In this document: positions 14,692 through 24,654 of the stretch, one piece after another
Position numbering within the stretch: position 1 is the stretch's first letter
How the letters are laid out: each line of letters starts with the position of its first letter
Assembly (NCBI RefSeq): GCF_963676685.1
Contig: NC_092348.1
Coordinates: 74,586,001-74,650,000, forward strand
Direction of reading: 5' to 3'
From: Mytilus edulis
Taxonomy: Eukaryota
Length of the DNA: 64,000 nucleotides
The notes under the pieces: model-generated
Database searches by the model: none
Seen by the model: only the letters and a program-made list of their open reading frames with translations
Told to the model about the DNA's origin: nothing
Translations under genes and position numbers: made by a program

Positions 14692-14733
14692 TAACCCTAA
14701 CCCTAACCCTAACCCTAACCCTAACCCTAACCC
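14692..14733 (+). repeat. (TAACCC)7 telomeric-type repeat inside the element's left end
   Basis: Seven perfect hexamers read directly. Confidence 0.95.
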
Positions 14734-14780
14734 AAACAAAAATATCATACATTATAAATTATTATTATTATTAATAAAAC

Positions 14781-15137
14781 ATGGATGAGATAGAATCATG
14801 TGAAAATATAGCCAGACTTGATAACATATTCGATATAATATATGCAAAGTCAGTTTTTGACATTCTGAAGAAGGAAAATCAAGTGGAACACATAAGTGGA
14901 GGAAATGCATGGGATTTTTTTTATCAAGTAGAAACAGATAAAGTGTACACCGATTTTGTTAATTTAGTCAGACAATCAAATATTCCAGATAATGTGAGAG
15001 TCTACTATCAACTTACATTTTTACAATCAACAGATTGGAAAAATACTATATTGAAAACACCGCACAGAGCATCTCGCATAATAGATAAAGTTGAAAAAAT
15101 GATAGATTTGGAACCTATTTTTAACAATGGAAAATGA
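14781..15137 (+). CDS. Polinton ORF of unknown function, 118 aa
   Basis: Good start context (aaacATGG), first ORF of the + strand core cluster, overlaps the integrase start. Confidence 0.7.
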   Translation: MDEIESCENIARLDNIFDIIYAKSVFDILKKENQVEHISGGNAWDFFYQVETDKVYTDFVNLVRQSNIPDNVRVYYQLTFLQSTDWKNTILKTPHRASRIIDKVEKMIDLEPIFNNGK

Positions 15138-16281
15138 TGATTTAGATGAAAAACTTAGGAATGTATATTACAATACAGCAAATGGGGGAGCATACCTAAG
15201 TGCTGAAAAAATTTATCAAACGTTGAAGACATCAAGAGATGGAAATGTACCAAGCGTATACAAGATCAGGAAATGGATGGAAAAAATAGACGACTACAAT
15301 TTACAAAAACCTGTAAAACGTAGAATTAAAAGAGTGAAAATAATTGTATCGGAACCGTATGAGCAATACGATGCTGACCTTATGGATGTATCCAACATAC
15401 AGAAATATAACAATAAGACACGTTTCCTGTTGGTTGTTATCGATATTTTCACACGGTTTTTATGGATTTATCCATTAAAAAACAAGTTTGGGAAGACAGT
15501 AGCTGATGCATTTGAAAAAATCTTCAAACATGGTAAAATCCCTTTGAAGGTTTCCACAGATGCGGGAACTGAATTCAAAAACAAAGATTTGAAACGTGTG
15601 TTTAAAAAATATGACATTTACCATCATGTCTATTTAAATTCCGACAGTAGTAAAGCGTCAATAGCAGAGAGGGTCAATTTGACATTTCGGAGGATGATGT
15701 TCCGATATTTTACAAAGCATAGAACTTATAGCTATCTCAATGTTATACAAAATTTGGTAGCAAGTTATAATGCAACGCCACATAGAAGTTTAAATAATAC
15801 AGCTCCAAAAGATGTGAATGAGAAAAACAAATATGATTTGTGGGCATATATGTATATTAAAACTCCACCCAAAGAAAAACGAATCAGAGAAAAGAAAGAA
15901 ACATTAAAAGTACAACGTAAAAGAGGGAAACAGTTTCATTTTAAAATCAATGACATGGTAAGACTGAGCCATTTGAAGAAACCGTTTCAAAGAGCTTATC
16001 AGCAACAGTGGACCTCCGAAATATTTAAAATATATAGACGATTTCTAATACATGGGAAAATCTTTTATAAAGTACAAGATTTTTTGGACAAGGAAGTTGT
16101 AGGCAATTTCAATTATACAGAGTTGCAGCGTGTGAAAAAGGAGGCTGACGCATTGTGGTTTGTTGAGAAAGTGCTTAAATGGCGAAGGCGGAATGGTCAA
16201 CGTGAGGGTTATGTAAAATTCCAGGATTGGGATAAACGTTTTTGTCAGTGGATTCCTGAGAGAGATATTGTTGACTTTTAA
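15127..16281 (+). CDS. Retroviral-like (rve) DDE integrase with C-terminal chromodomain
   Basis: YDADLMD / VSTDAGTEF / SIAERVN catalytic triad; YNATPHRSL; chromodomain-like WFVEKVLKWRRRNGQREGYVKFQDWDKRFCQWIPE. Confidence 0.95.
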   Translation: MENDDLDEKLRNVYYNTANGGAYLSAEKIYQTLKTSRDGNVPSVYKIRKWMEKIDDYNLQKPVKRRIKRVKIIVSEPYEQYDADLMDVSNIQKYNNKTRFLLVVIDIFTRFLWIYPLKNKFGKTVADAFEKIFKHGKIPLKVSTDAGTEFKNKDLKRVFKKYDIYHHVYLNSDSSKASIAERVNLTFRRMMFRYFTKHRTYSYLNVIQNLVASYNATPHRSLNNTAPKDVNEKNKYDLWAYMYIKTPPKEKRIREKKETLKVQRKRGKQFHFKINDMVRLSHLKKPFQRAYQQQWTSEIFKIYRRFLIHGKIFYKVQDFLDKEVVGNFNYTELQRVKKEADALWFVEKVLKWRRRNGQREGYVKFQDWDKRFCQWIPERDIVDF

Positions 16282-16282
16282 A

Positions 16283-16690
16283 ATGAGCTTTTACATGGTC
16301 ATTAACAGTAACAAAAATTTAGACATTTACCCACATAACAGACCACACAAATTCCGTACATATCTTCAGACGCCAATAGTGATGAAATCAAAATGGAAAG
16401 TCGCATTAGTTGATATTAAATTATCATCAAATAATGATCTATATATATATGCAAACATATGCGGTGATGTAATAGTCGATGGTAACAAACAACCCTTATT
16501 GAAGCGAATATGTTGCTGCTCTCAAACTGAATACTACCACTTTGATCAACTTGCATACATTCCAGTGGTGAAAAGTGAAATAAGAGACATTGAATTCTTT
16601 ATTACTGACATGCAAGGGAGTCATGCATCATTTTTAAAAAATCCAGTGTCGATTACACTGCACTTCAGGTCGTATCCATACTTTGCATGA
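16283..16690 (+). CDS. Minor capsid protein (penton, single jelly-roll), unusually short at 135 aa
   Basis: N-terminal SFYMVINSN..IYPHN...FRTYLQTPI....WKVAL and C-terminal LYIYANI...IVDG..QPLL...YIPV....I.DIEFFITD..G...ITLHFR match the Polinton mCP pattern; ATG at 16283 follows the integrase stop. Confidence 0.85.
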   Translation: MSFYMVINSNKNLDIYPHNRPHKFRTYLQTPIVMKSKWKVALVDIKLSSNNDLYIYANICGDVIVDGNKQPLLKRICCCSQTEYYHFDQLAYIPVVKSEIRDIEFFITDMQGSHASFLKNPVSITLHFRSYPYFA

Positions 16691-17157
16691 TAATCATGGA
16701 ATTGAACAATTCTCAATATGTGCTAGACCCTAGGACATGGATAATGTACTATGAAAATCTAGCGAATGACAAACATCACAATTCATATCTTAATAATTCA
16801 TACAGAAGAACTATCCAGAGTGGTGGTTCCCTCACTAATTCAGCAGCTAGCTTCATGGAACCAATCACATTACCACAAAGTAAACCACATGCGCAATCAC
16901 CCATTAAACTTGTAACACATGCACAGCAGCAGGTGGAAAATGCTAAGTCGGAAATTAGTCGAGCTGTGAAAAAGATAAAACGCAAACGTGGGAAGTTACA
17001 AAACAGTAATAGAAAAAGCCATAGAGGGGAGCAGAAGAAAACGAAAAAGACAAAGAAAGGAGGAAGGAAAAATAAAACAAACAGTAAGAAAGGAAGTGTA
17101 CAGAGTGTGAAAAAAAGATTAAAGAATCAGCTAATTGAAAAGGATATTTTCCAGTAA
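16687..17157 (+). CDS. Lys/Arg-rich putative DNA-condensing virion core protein
   Basis: Very basic C-terminal half; IQSGGS candidate protease site; lies between mCP and MCP; ATGA overlap with mCP. Confidence 0.7.
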   Translation: MIIMELNNSQYVLDPRTWIMYYENLANDKHHNSYLNNSYRRTIQSGGSLTNSAASFMEPITLPQSKPHAQSPIKLVTHAQQQVENAKSEISRAVKKIKRKRGKLQNSNRKSHRGEQKKTKKTKKGGRKNKTNSKKGSVQSVKKRLKNQLIEKDIFQ

Positions 17158-17165
17158 AATTCAAA

Positions 17166-18488
17166 ATGGCTAAAATAAATCCTGAAACATTTCATGAGCT
17201 GCAACCAAGTCAGTTGTCTTTATTCAATCTACCAGGTCATCAAACTGCAGTCACAAGAATCACATATGAACATATTCGACCAGCTGCAACTTTTACAAAG
17301 ACATCGCCAATAGAGTTTCACATATCTGGTGGAACAGAGTATCTAGACTTAAGTAAATCAACAATGCATGTACGTCTAAGACTTAAAAGAGGAGATGGAA
17401 CCATAGCAGATAGCAGTGACGTTAATTGCGGGCCTGTGAACTATGTTTTGCATGCATTATTTAATCAAATAGATGTTTTAATTCAAAATAAAATTGTCAC
17501 ATCTTCAACAGGATTTTACCCTTACAAAGCTTATATGCAAACTTTATTGAAATATGGGAAAGAAGCTAAAGAATCGCAGCTCTCAAGTCAATTATGGATA
17601 GACGATCATCAAGGAACATTGGATGATGCAGATTGTAACACAGGATCAAATCTTGGGCTCTACAGAAGAACAGCATACATAAAAAATGGTAAAACTGTTG
17701 ATCTTGAAGGAAACATTTTCCATCCCCTGTTTTCAATGAATCGTTACATATTAAATCAAGTAGGAGTTACTGTGAAATTCTACAGATCGAGACCAGAATT
17801 TTATCTAATGTCGGTTGATGAAGATGCTGATTATTACCTTGAGATTGAAGATATGTATCTATCAATAGCAAAGATCCACGTTCACCCCGGCATTGTATAT
17901 GGCCACGATTCTATACTCAGGACAGTAAACGCTAAATATCCCATTGTGCAAAATGATGTTCGCACAATTTCACTTCCAGCTGGTCAAATAAGTTTTAACT
18001 TCAACAACATATTCCAGAATAATAGACCCAATAAGGTATTGATAGCCTTTACGGGGAGTCAAAACATAGCAGGTGACTACTCACTATGTCCGTGGACATT
18101 CAAACATTGCCACCTAAGTGAAATAAATCTTAAAGTTGAGGGAGTGCCAGTTTCCGGGAATCCTGTCAGAGTAAAATTTGACTCGTCAAGTGGAGAATCA
18201 TCCATTGTTGCATTTCGCAATCTATTTGAGGTTGCTGGGAAAACTCTGCAAGACTGTGGTAATGGATTAAACAGAGACAGTTTTTCTGAAGGATATGCCT
18301 TGTATGCCTTTCAACTGGAACCAATTTTTGAAGGTTTAGATTATTTAACATTGAAAAGGAATGAACGTGTCAATTTGGAATGCACATTTGATTCTCCCCT
18401 CACTGAACCAACAACTATAATCATTTATAGTGAATTTAGTGGATATTTTGAAATAACTCAAACTCGAGACATCATAATTCAAGAATGA
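17166..18488 (+). CDS. Major capsid protein (double jelly-roll), 440 aa
   Basis: SQLSLF.LP..QTAV, PIEFHISG..EYLDLSKS, LHALFNQIDV, YPYKAYMQTLL.YG and GYALYAFQL motifs typical of Polinton MCP. Confidence 0.93.
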   Translation: MAKINPETFHELQPSQLSLFNLPGHQTAVTRITYEHIRPAATFTKTSPIEFHISGGTEYLDLSKSTMHVRLRLKRGDGTIADSSDVNCGPVNYVLHALFNQIDVLIQNKIVTSSTGFYPYKAYMQTLLKYGKEAKESQLSSQLWIDDHQGTLDDADCNTGSNLGLYRRTAYIKNGKTVDLEGNIFHPLFSMNRYILNQVGVTVKFYRSRPEFYLMSVDEDADYYLEIEDMYLSIAKIHVHPGIVYGHDSILRTVNAKYPIVQNDVRTISLPAGQISFNFNNIFQNNRPNKVLIAFTGSQNIAGDYSLCPWTFKHCHLSEINLKVEGVPVSGNPVRVKFDSSSGESSIVAFRNLFEVAGKTLQDCGNGLNRDSFSEGYALYAFQLEPIFEGLDYLTLKRNERVNLECTFDSPLTEPTTIIIYSEFSGYFEITQTRDIIIQE

Positions 18489-18952
18489 ACACTATGCAAT
18501 TGGAGTGTATGATTAATTGTGATGAACTAATGAAGGATAAAATTGTTGGTATATTTGCAGCAGATCAGATACCTAAGATAGTGAGAAATCGACCCATGGG
18601 ATTTATTTGTAACACTGAAAATCATTTTGAGAATGGTGCACACTGGATCGCCTTTTTCATAAATGAGGAACGAAGAGGGATATTTTTCGACAGCTTCGCA
18701 CACTCTCCCGATTATTATTCACGTCACTTCTTAAAATTCTTTGAACACAATGCGATATCTCTGGAAATAAATCAAAAACGATTACAGAGTGAGAATTCAT
18801 CAGTATGCGGTCAATATTGCATTTTCATCTTATCACTCTTATGTAGAGAGTATGATCTAACTAACATTCACGATTTTTTCAGTGATAATCATCAAGCAAA
18901 CGACATCTTTGTTTTCAATGTGATTGGTAAAACCTATTCACACTGCATATGA
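18485..18952 (+). CDS. Adenain-like cysteine protease (virion maturation protease)
   Basis: His (GAHWIAF), Asp (FFDSF) and Gln/Cys (LQSENSSVCGQYC) catalytic motifs intact. Confidence 0.93.
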   Translation: MNTMQLECMINCDELMKDKIVGIFAADQIPKIVRNRPMGFICNTENHFENGAHWIAFFINEERRGIFFDSFAHSPDYYSRHFLKFFEHNAISLEINQKRLQSENSSVCGQYCIFILSLLCREYDLTNIHDFFSDNHQANDIFVFNVIGKTYSHCI

Positions 18953-19014
18953 AAAAGTGTTTAAAATGATGAGACACATGGTAACAATCATCATTCGAGC
19001 AAGAGGTGATCATC

Positions 19015-19656
19015 ATGAGTTTGGTGAAATTTCAAACACCCATGACTTCAATATGTGTCGGTCCAACGGGTTCAGGAAAAACTACATACATTAAAAGATT
19101 ATTAGAGAACGCTCAGGAAATGTTTACAATACCACCTCAGAAGATATACTACTGTTACAGCATATGGCAAGATGTCTTCGATGAATTGAAAAAAACTGTC
19201 TCCAACATTTCATTTCAACTGGAACTGCCTGATGAAAGTGATTTTCTTGTTGATAAGGATATACACACATTATGGATCATTGATGATAAAATGGATGAAG
19301 TAGTGGACTGTAAACTGATGCAGAAGATTTATTGCGTTTTAAGTCATCACACCTTAACATCAATTATTTTTATACTACAAAATTTATATCAGAAGGGGAA
19401 GGTTATGCGATCAATCAGTTTGAATTCTCACGTCTTTTTTCTTTTCAAAAATGGTAGAGATTCACTGCAAATACAATCTTTAGCTCGACAAATGTTTCCA
19501 GGTCAAGTTCGCTTTTTCATGGACGTTTACCAACGTGCAATTAGCAGACCATACAATTGCTTGATAGTGGATATAGCACCAGGTTCAAACCCTGAATATC
19601 AGTTGCGCGCAAATCCTTTTCCGGGGGAGGACACGATTGTTTATCAACCAAAATGA
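19015..19656 (+). CDS. FtsK/A32-like genome-packaging ATPase
   Basis: Walker A GPTGSGKT, Walker B LWIIDD, SIIFILQN, RSISLNSH; first ATG at 19015. Confidence 0.93.
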   Translation: MSLVKFQTPMTSICVGPTGSGKTTYIKRLLENAQEMFTIPPQKIYYCYSIWQDVFDELKKTVSNISFQLELPDESDFLVDKDIHTLWIIDDKMDEVVDCKLMQKIYCVLSHHTLTSIIFILQNLYQKGKVMRSISLNSHVFFLFKNGRDSLQIQSLARQMFPGQVRFFMDVYQRAISRPYNCLIVDIAPGSNPEYQLRANPFPGEDTIVYQPK

Positions 19657-19994
19657 TTTTAAAAGAATCAAGTAGAAGCTTCCTTAAATTATTGGCGAAC
19701 ACTACACCTGAACAATCTGCTCAAATCATAAAAAGCACGGACCACAGACAATTACAACTATTAGTAGAAATAGTATTCAACTGTCTAAAAAGCGTCATAC
19801 CATTGTCTGAGAGGGTTAAAAGGAATCTTTCAACTTTTGCAAAGTTCATTCGTGCTGTGGTAGTTAATAATATAACACCTCAGTTGAGGAGAAAACGTTT
19901 ACTGAAGATAATTGTTATTATTCCAACATTGATATCATCTTTTTTCAAATACTATGACTCGGGAGTTAATACTATTACCCAAGGAGAAATATGA
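19653..19994 (+). CDS. Small Polinton protein, possibly membrane-active or virion-associated, 113 aa
   Basis: FLKLL...QIIKS.D..QLQLLVEIVFN.LK.VIPLS pattern resembles a recurrent small Maverick ORF; basic patch followed by a hydrophobic helix; ATGA overlap with the ATPase. Confidence 0.65.
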   Translation: MILKESSRSFLKLLANTTPEQSAQIIKSTDHRQLQLLVEIVFNCLKSVIPLSERVKRNLSTFAKFIRAVVVNNITPQLRRKRLLKIIVIIPTLISSFFKYYDSGVNTITQGEI

Positions 19995-20349
19995 AAGATT
20001 GATGAATATGTCCAACCAATGTGAAATTGTTAATGTGAAAGAAAAAGAAAAGGAATATGATGGTAAAGATAGTGACAGTATAAAAACAGAAATAAACCTA
20101 GAAGAAGATGTAACCAAACAACATGGTAGTGGTCAGGTTTTGCAAAAAACAGAATTGAAAAATTTAAAAGAAACTGTAGATCGATCAAAATCAGACAATC
20201 AAGAGGAAAATAGGATGGATGTTGATGAATATGATGGTGCAGCAGAGGGTAAAGCTATCAAGATGTCTCCTGAAAAATTCTTAAGAAATGTGGAAAAATC
20301 GCAAAATCGCAAAAGATTAAAGAGTAAATGGTTATCATTTCATTTGTAA
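19954..20349 (+). CDS. Hydrophilic ORF of unknown function, 131 aa, with a QHGSG motif
   Basis: Last ORF of the core cluster; followed by AATAAA at 20487-20492. Confidence 0.65.
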   Translation: MTRELILLPKEKYERLMNMSNQCEIVNVKEKEKEYDGKDSDSIKTEINLEEDVTKQHGSGQVLQKTELKNLKETVDRSKSDNQEENRMDVDEYDGAAEGKAIKMSPEKFLRNVEKSQNRKRLKSKWLSFHL

Positions 20350-20547
20350 TGAAGAAGTGGATTATTTAAAACTATTGGAGACTTCAATCAATCACTTGTA
20401 TTTTTCTTTAAATTTGTCTATATTTATATATGTATATAATATATTGTCTATTTGTATATTTACACTGTGTACCTTTAAATTTAATTAATAAAATAAATAT
20501 TTAGATAACATATGTTCGCCTATTAGTTCTAGTCCACGATCGCGTAG

Positions 20548-20558
20548 TATATATAAAA
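20548..20558 (+). promoter_or_regulatory. TATA box upstream of pPolB
   Basis: TATATATAAAA about 40 bp before ATG 20590 and just after the core cluster's polyA signal. Confidence 0.55.
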
Positions 20559-20589
20559 CGTTGAAAGTGCTATTGATATCACAATTGTC

Positions 20590-23500
20590 ATGGCTGATGA
20601 TCATTTCTGCGAGGATTTATTGCGTCTTTATCCTGACAGTAACCCTCAATATCAACAGCAGTTGCGAGAGTTAAATGATCGATTGAGTGTTGATAATGAC
20701 AACAGATCAAATCTTACGGTTAAGGTCTATTCATGTTATTATTGTAAACTTCTGTTTGATCACCCTTCCAAACTGAAGAGACACCAGAGAAACAGTTGTA
20801 CATTTCCATGTCGACAATGTGATAGACATTTTGATTCAGCGGAAAATTTGTTTAAACATAGCAACATCGATCATACAACTTATCAGACTGGTTCAGGAAA
20901 CACTGATTCAAATTCACATACTACAATCAAACATAAAAGTGTGGATAAGTCTGCTCTCTTGGGAATAGCACGAGCTCGTTTCATTTATCCGAATGAGGAT
21001 AATGGGGAAAAGTATGATCTTCTAGCATTTTTATCTGGAATTAAGCATGAGGTAAAAACTCATTTACAAGAGATGTGTGATGAACTCGGTCATATTAAGT
21101 GGTATATGAATTGTCTTGTGCAAATGATCAAGCCGAATGGAGGTGAAGGTGGTAATGATTTAAAGAATAATGCACATTTTATCTCGAAGACATCGAATCT
21201 AGTTGATAGAGCAAATATAGATGATGAACATGATATTAATGTGACATATCAAAAAATATTCAAAAGTTTTGATGAGTATATACGAAATGGGAGCGGTTGG
21301 TCATTAGATCATATTAAACACATTGAGATTAATACAGCTAAATATAAACCTTTAGGCGGTGGATCGTATATACCCCTACCAAGAACTCTTGCTGCAACCA
21401 GAGCGTTACTCAACATAAGAAACTTAGATGAAAAATGTTTTGTATATGCTATTATAGCATCCATACATCCTACGTGTTCAGGTGACCCTTCTAAAGTGCA
21501 TCACTACATCCCATATGAACATGAATTGAACATGGAAGGTATACAATTGCCCGTTGCACCATCATTTGTGAGTAAATTTGAAAGGCAGAATAACATTTCA
21601 GTAATGGTGTTAGGATTTGAAGAGGGTGAATTTTTCCCCCTCCATGTAACAGGTCTAAGAGAAGCTCATCATGAAGTTGACTTATTGTATTTGAAAAGTG
21701 GGAATAAAAGTCACTGGTGTTTGATTACAGATCTCAATAGACTTTTATATCGAACAAAATGCTTGGGACGCAGTCATAAGTATTGCAGATTCTGTTTATC
21801 AGGTTTCACCAGTGAACATACTTTAGAGAAACATATAAAATACTGCTCAAAATTTGAAGCTCAACATGTGACATATCCCACCAAGGGGGTAGACGATATA
21901 CTAACATTTCAAGATCACGCCAAACAGTTACAAACATCATTTGTTATTTATGCTGACATGGAAACATTTTGCGAACCTATGGTTACTGAAGAGCCAGAAG
22001 ATAATCGAACCAGCACAACGAAATTAACAAAGTTGATACCATGCGGGTACGGTTATCAAGTTGTTTGCATCGATGACAGATACACTCAACCACCTAAAAT
22101 ATATAGAGGTGAAAATGTTAGTGAACACTTCCTTCATAGTCTTCTTGACGAAAATAAACGTATAAAGGCTATTTTGAACAATCCTGAACCCTTGTGCATG
22201 ACTGTTGAAGATGAGGAAGATTTTCAATCAAGTACACATTGCCACATTTGCATGGAAGAATTTACAGATTCCACTATCCGCGTTCGAGACCATGCACATG
22301 TTTCAGGTAAATTTCGTGGCGCTTCATGCAGAGATTGCAATCTTAATTTTAAAGAACACACATTCGTGCCAGTTATATTTCATAACCTGAAACAGTTTGA
22401 TGCACATTTAATCTGTTCCTCGATAGGTATTTTCAAGAGTGAAGAAATTGGCTGCATAGCCACGAATGCAGAAAAGTACATCAGTTTCAACCTATCCAAT
22501 CTGCGCTTTATCGATTCATACCAGTTTTTGAATTGTTCACTAGAGGAATTGGTATCGTCAATGTCTAAGGAGAATCCGAAAGAAACATTTAAACATTTTA
22601 CAAAAGAATTTGATGATGATAAGCGGATTGCTCTTTTGTTGAAAAAAGGAACATATCCTTACGAATACATTGACAATGCAGCAAGGTTCAATGAAACTGA
22701 ATTACCCTCTATAGACAAATTCTACAGCAATTTATCAGAGAAAACAATTAGTCAAACCGAGTATGAACATGCGCAACGGGTATGGAATCAAATGAATATT
22801 AAGAATATAGGCGAATATCACGATCTTTATCTAAAAACTGACGTTCTATTATTAGCTGATGTATTTGAAACTTTCAGGAAGAAGTGGATAACGAACTATT
22901 CCCTCGACCCTGCAAATTATTACACTCTTCCAGGGCTTTCCTGGCAATCTGCATTGAAAATGACTGGTGTGAGACTTGAGCTATTGACAGATCCTACAAT
23001 GTGGCTCTTCTTTGAGCAGAGTATACGAGGAGGTTTAACAATGGTGAGCTGCAGACATGCAAAAGCAAACAATCCCTACTTGAGCAATTATGATCCAGCT
23101 TTACCAACTTCATACTTGATGTATGTAGATGCGAACAATTTATACGGTTTAAGCATGAGCATGCCATTAGCTGTGGGGAAATTCCAGTGGTTGTCAGAAG
23201 AGGAAATAAACGATTTCAATGTCTTAAATGTATCCAATAACGCTGACATCGGATATGTCATTGAATGCGATTTGGATTACCCAGATAACTTACACGATCT
23301 TCACAATGATTTTCCTCTTGCAGTTGAAAAAGGAGTGATAACAAATGAAATGCTTTCACCTCATTCACGTCATCTGTATGAGCAAGCAAATGATGATGGG
23401 AAAGAATACCAACCGAGCACCAAATTGCTAGCTACTTTGAAAGATAAAAAGCATTACATCTTGCACTATGTGAATCTAAAGTTATACCTCAAACTAGGTT

Positions 23501-24392
23501 TGGTTTTGAAGAAGATTCACAATATAGTTTCATTTGAACAGCGTCCATGGTTGAAACAGTATATTGACTTCAATACCGAAATGAGGAAAAAGGCTACTAG
23601 CAATTTCGAGCAAAAACTTTTAAAAATGGCAACAATGCTATTTTCGGTAAATCAATGGAATCGTTGCGGAAACATATCAACTTCTCTCTCTGTCATAGGT
23701 GGGATAAGTTTCAAAAACTTACTGCAAAATCATCATTTAAAAGCTTTAAGATATTCAACGACCACTTGTGCGGCGTGCTACAAACCAAAACAAAAATTTT
23801 CTTCAACAAACCAATTTACCTAGGACAAATGATTCTCGATCTGTCAAAGGCGCACATGGTTGATTACTACTACAACCACATGAAAAAACTATACAAGGAG
23901 AATGTAACATTATGTTACACAGATACTGACAGTTTCATTATGCATGTGAGAACTGATGACATATATAGAGACATGTCGTTAAACAGTGAGCTATATGACT
24001 TTTCAAATTATCCAGCTGATCACCCTCTTTACACCAAAGACAGGAAATCGATTATTGGTTTATTCAAAGATGAATGCAAGTCCATTCAAATGGTGGAATA
24101 TATCGGACTAAGAGCAAAAATGTATAGTTTTATCACCGCAGACGACAAGGAAACTGTAGTAGCAAAGGGTATTAAAACCCGAAATGTTAGATTCGAACAA
24201 TATAAAAACACCTTGTTCAATTGTTCTCCACTACTCTCGCATATGTACACTTTGAGAAGTTTCAACCATCAGATTCACATGGTGAAGGTTGTGAAAAGTG
24301 GACTATCACCATATGATGACAAGAGACACTTGCTGGATGATAATGTGCATTCGCTAGCATATTTTCATAGAAAATTAAAAGAAAAACATTAA
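20590..24392 (+). CDS. Protein-primed family B DNA polymerase (about 1267 aa once the 1-nt deletion near 23620 is corrected)
   Basis: N-terminal zinc fingers; OTU-like DEKCF...HWC; ExoI YADMET; EndoVII-like CHIC..VRDHAH..GKFRGASC..CN; ExoII HNLKQFD; polymerase motifs YVDANNLYG, KxxNNAIFGK and YTDTDS. The duplicate copy has T5 instead of T4 and reads through. Confidence 0.95.
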
Positions 24393-24654
24393 TACAATTG
24401 TAAATTGAAAAAAAAATCCATATCCGTAATAAATTCAAGAAAAAGAAAACACACTGTACAATAATTATATAATATTTTATTTCATGTAAATAAATATATG
24501 ATTTTATAATAAAATATATCAACATATTTAAGTTTTATCCGTTTGCTATCAACCTGGGGAAGTGAAATACATAGGGCAATGGGGAGTAGCATGGTAAAAT
24601 GGCGACTTTAACTTAAAAACCCCAATGAAAATACATAACTTTAAAACCCAAATG

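Noticed and set aside
14692-14733. True chromosome end or telomere-fusion scar
   Set aside because: Only seven units, located inside the TSD-bounded element, with a mirrored counterpart at the other end
23600-23660. Programmed ribosomal frameshift or pseudogenisation in pPolB
   Set aside because: The overlapping copy has one more T and a continuous frame through motif B, which points to a sequencing error
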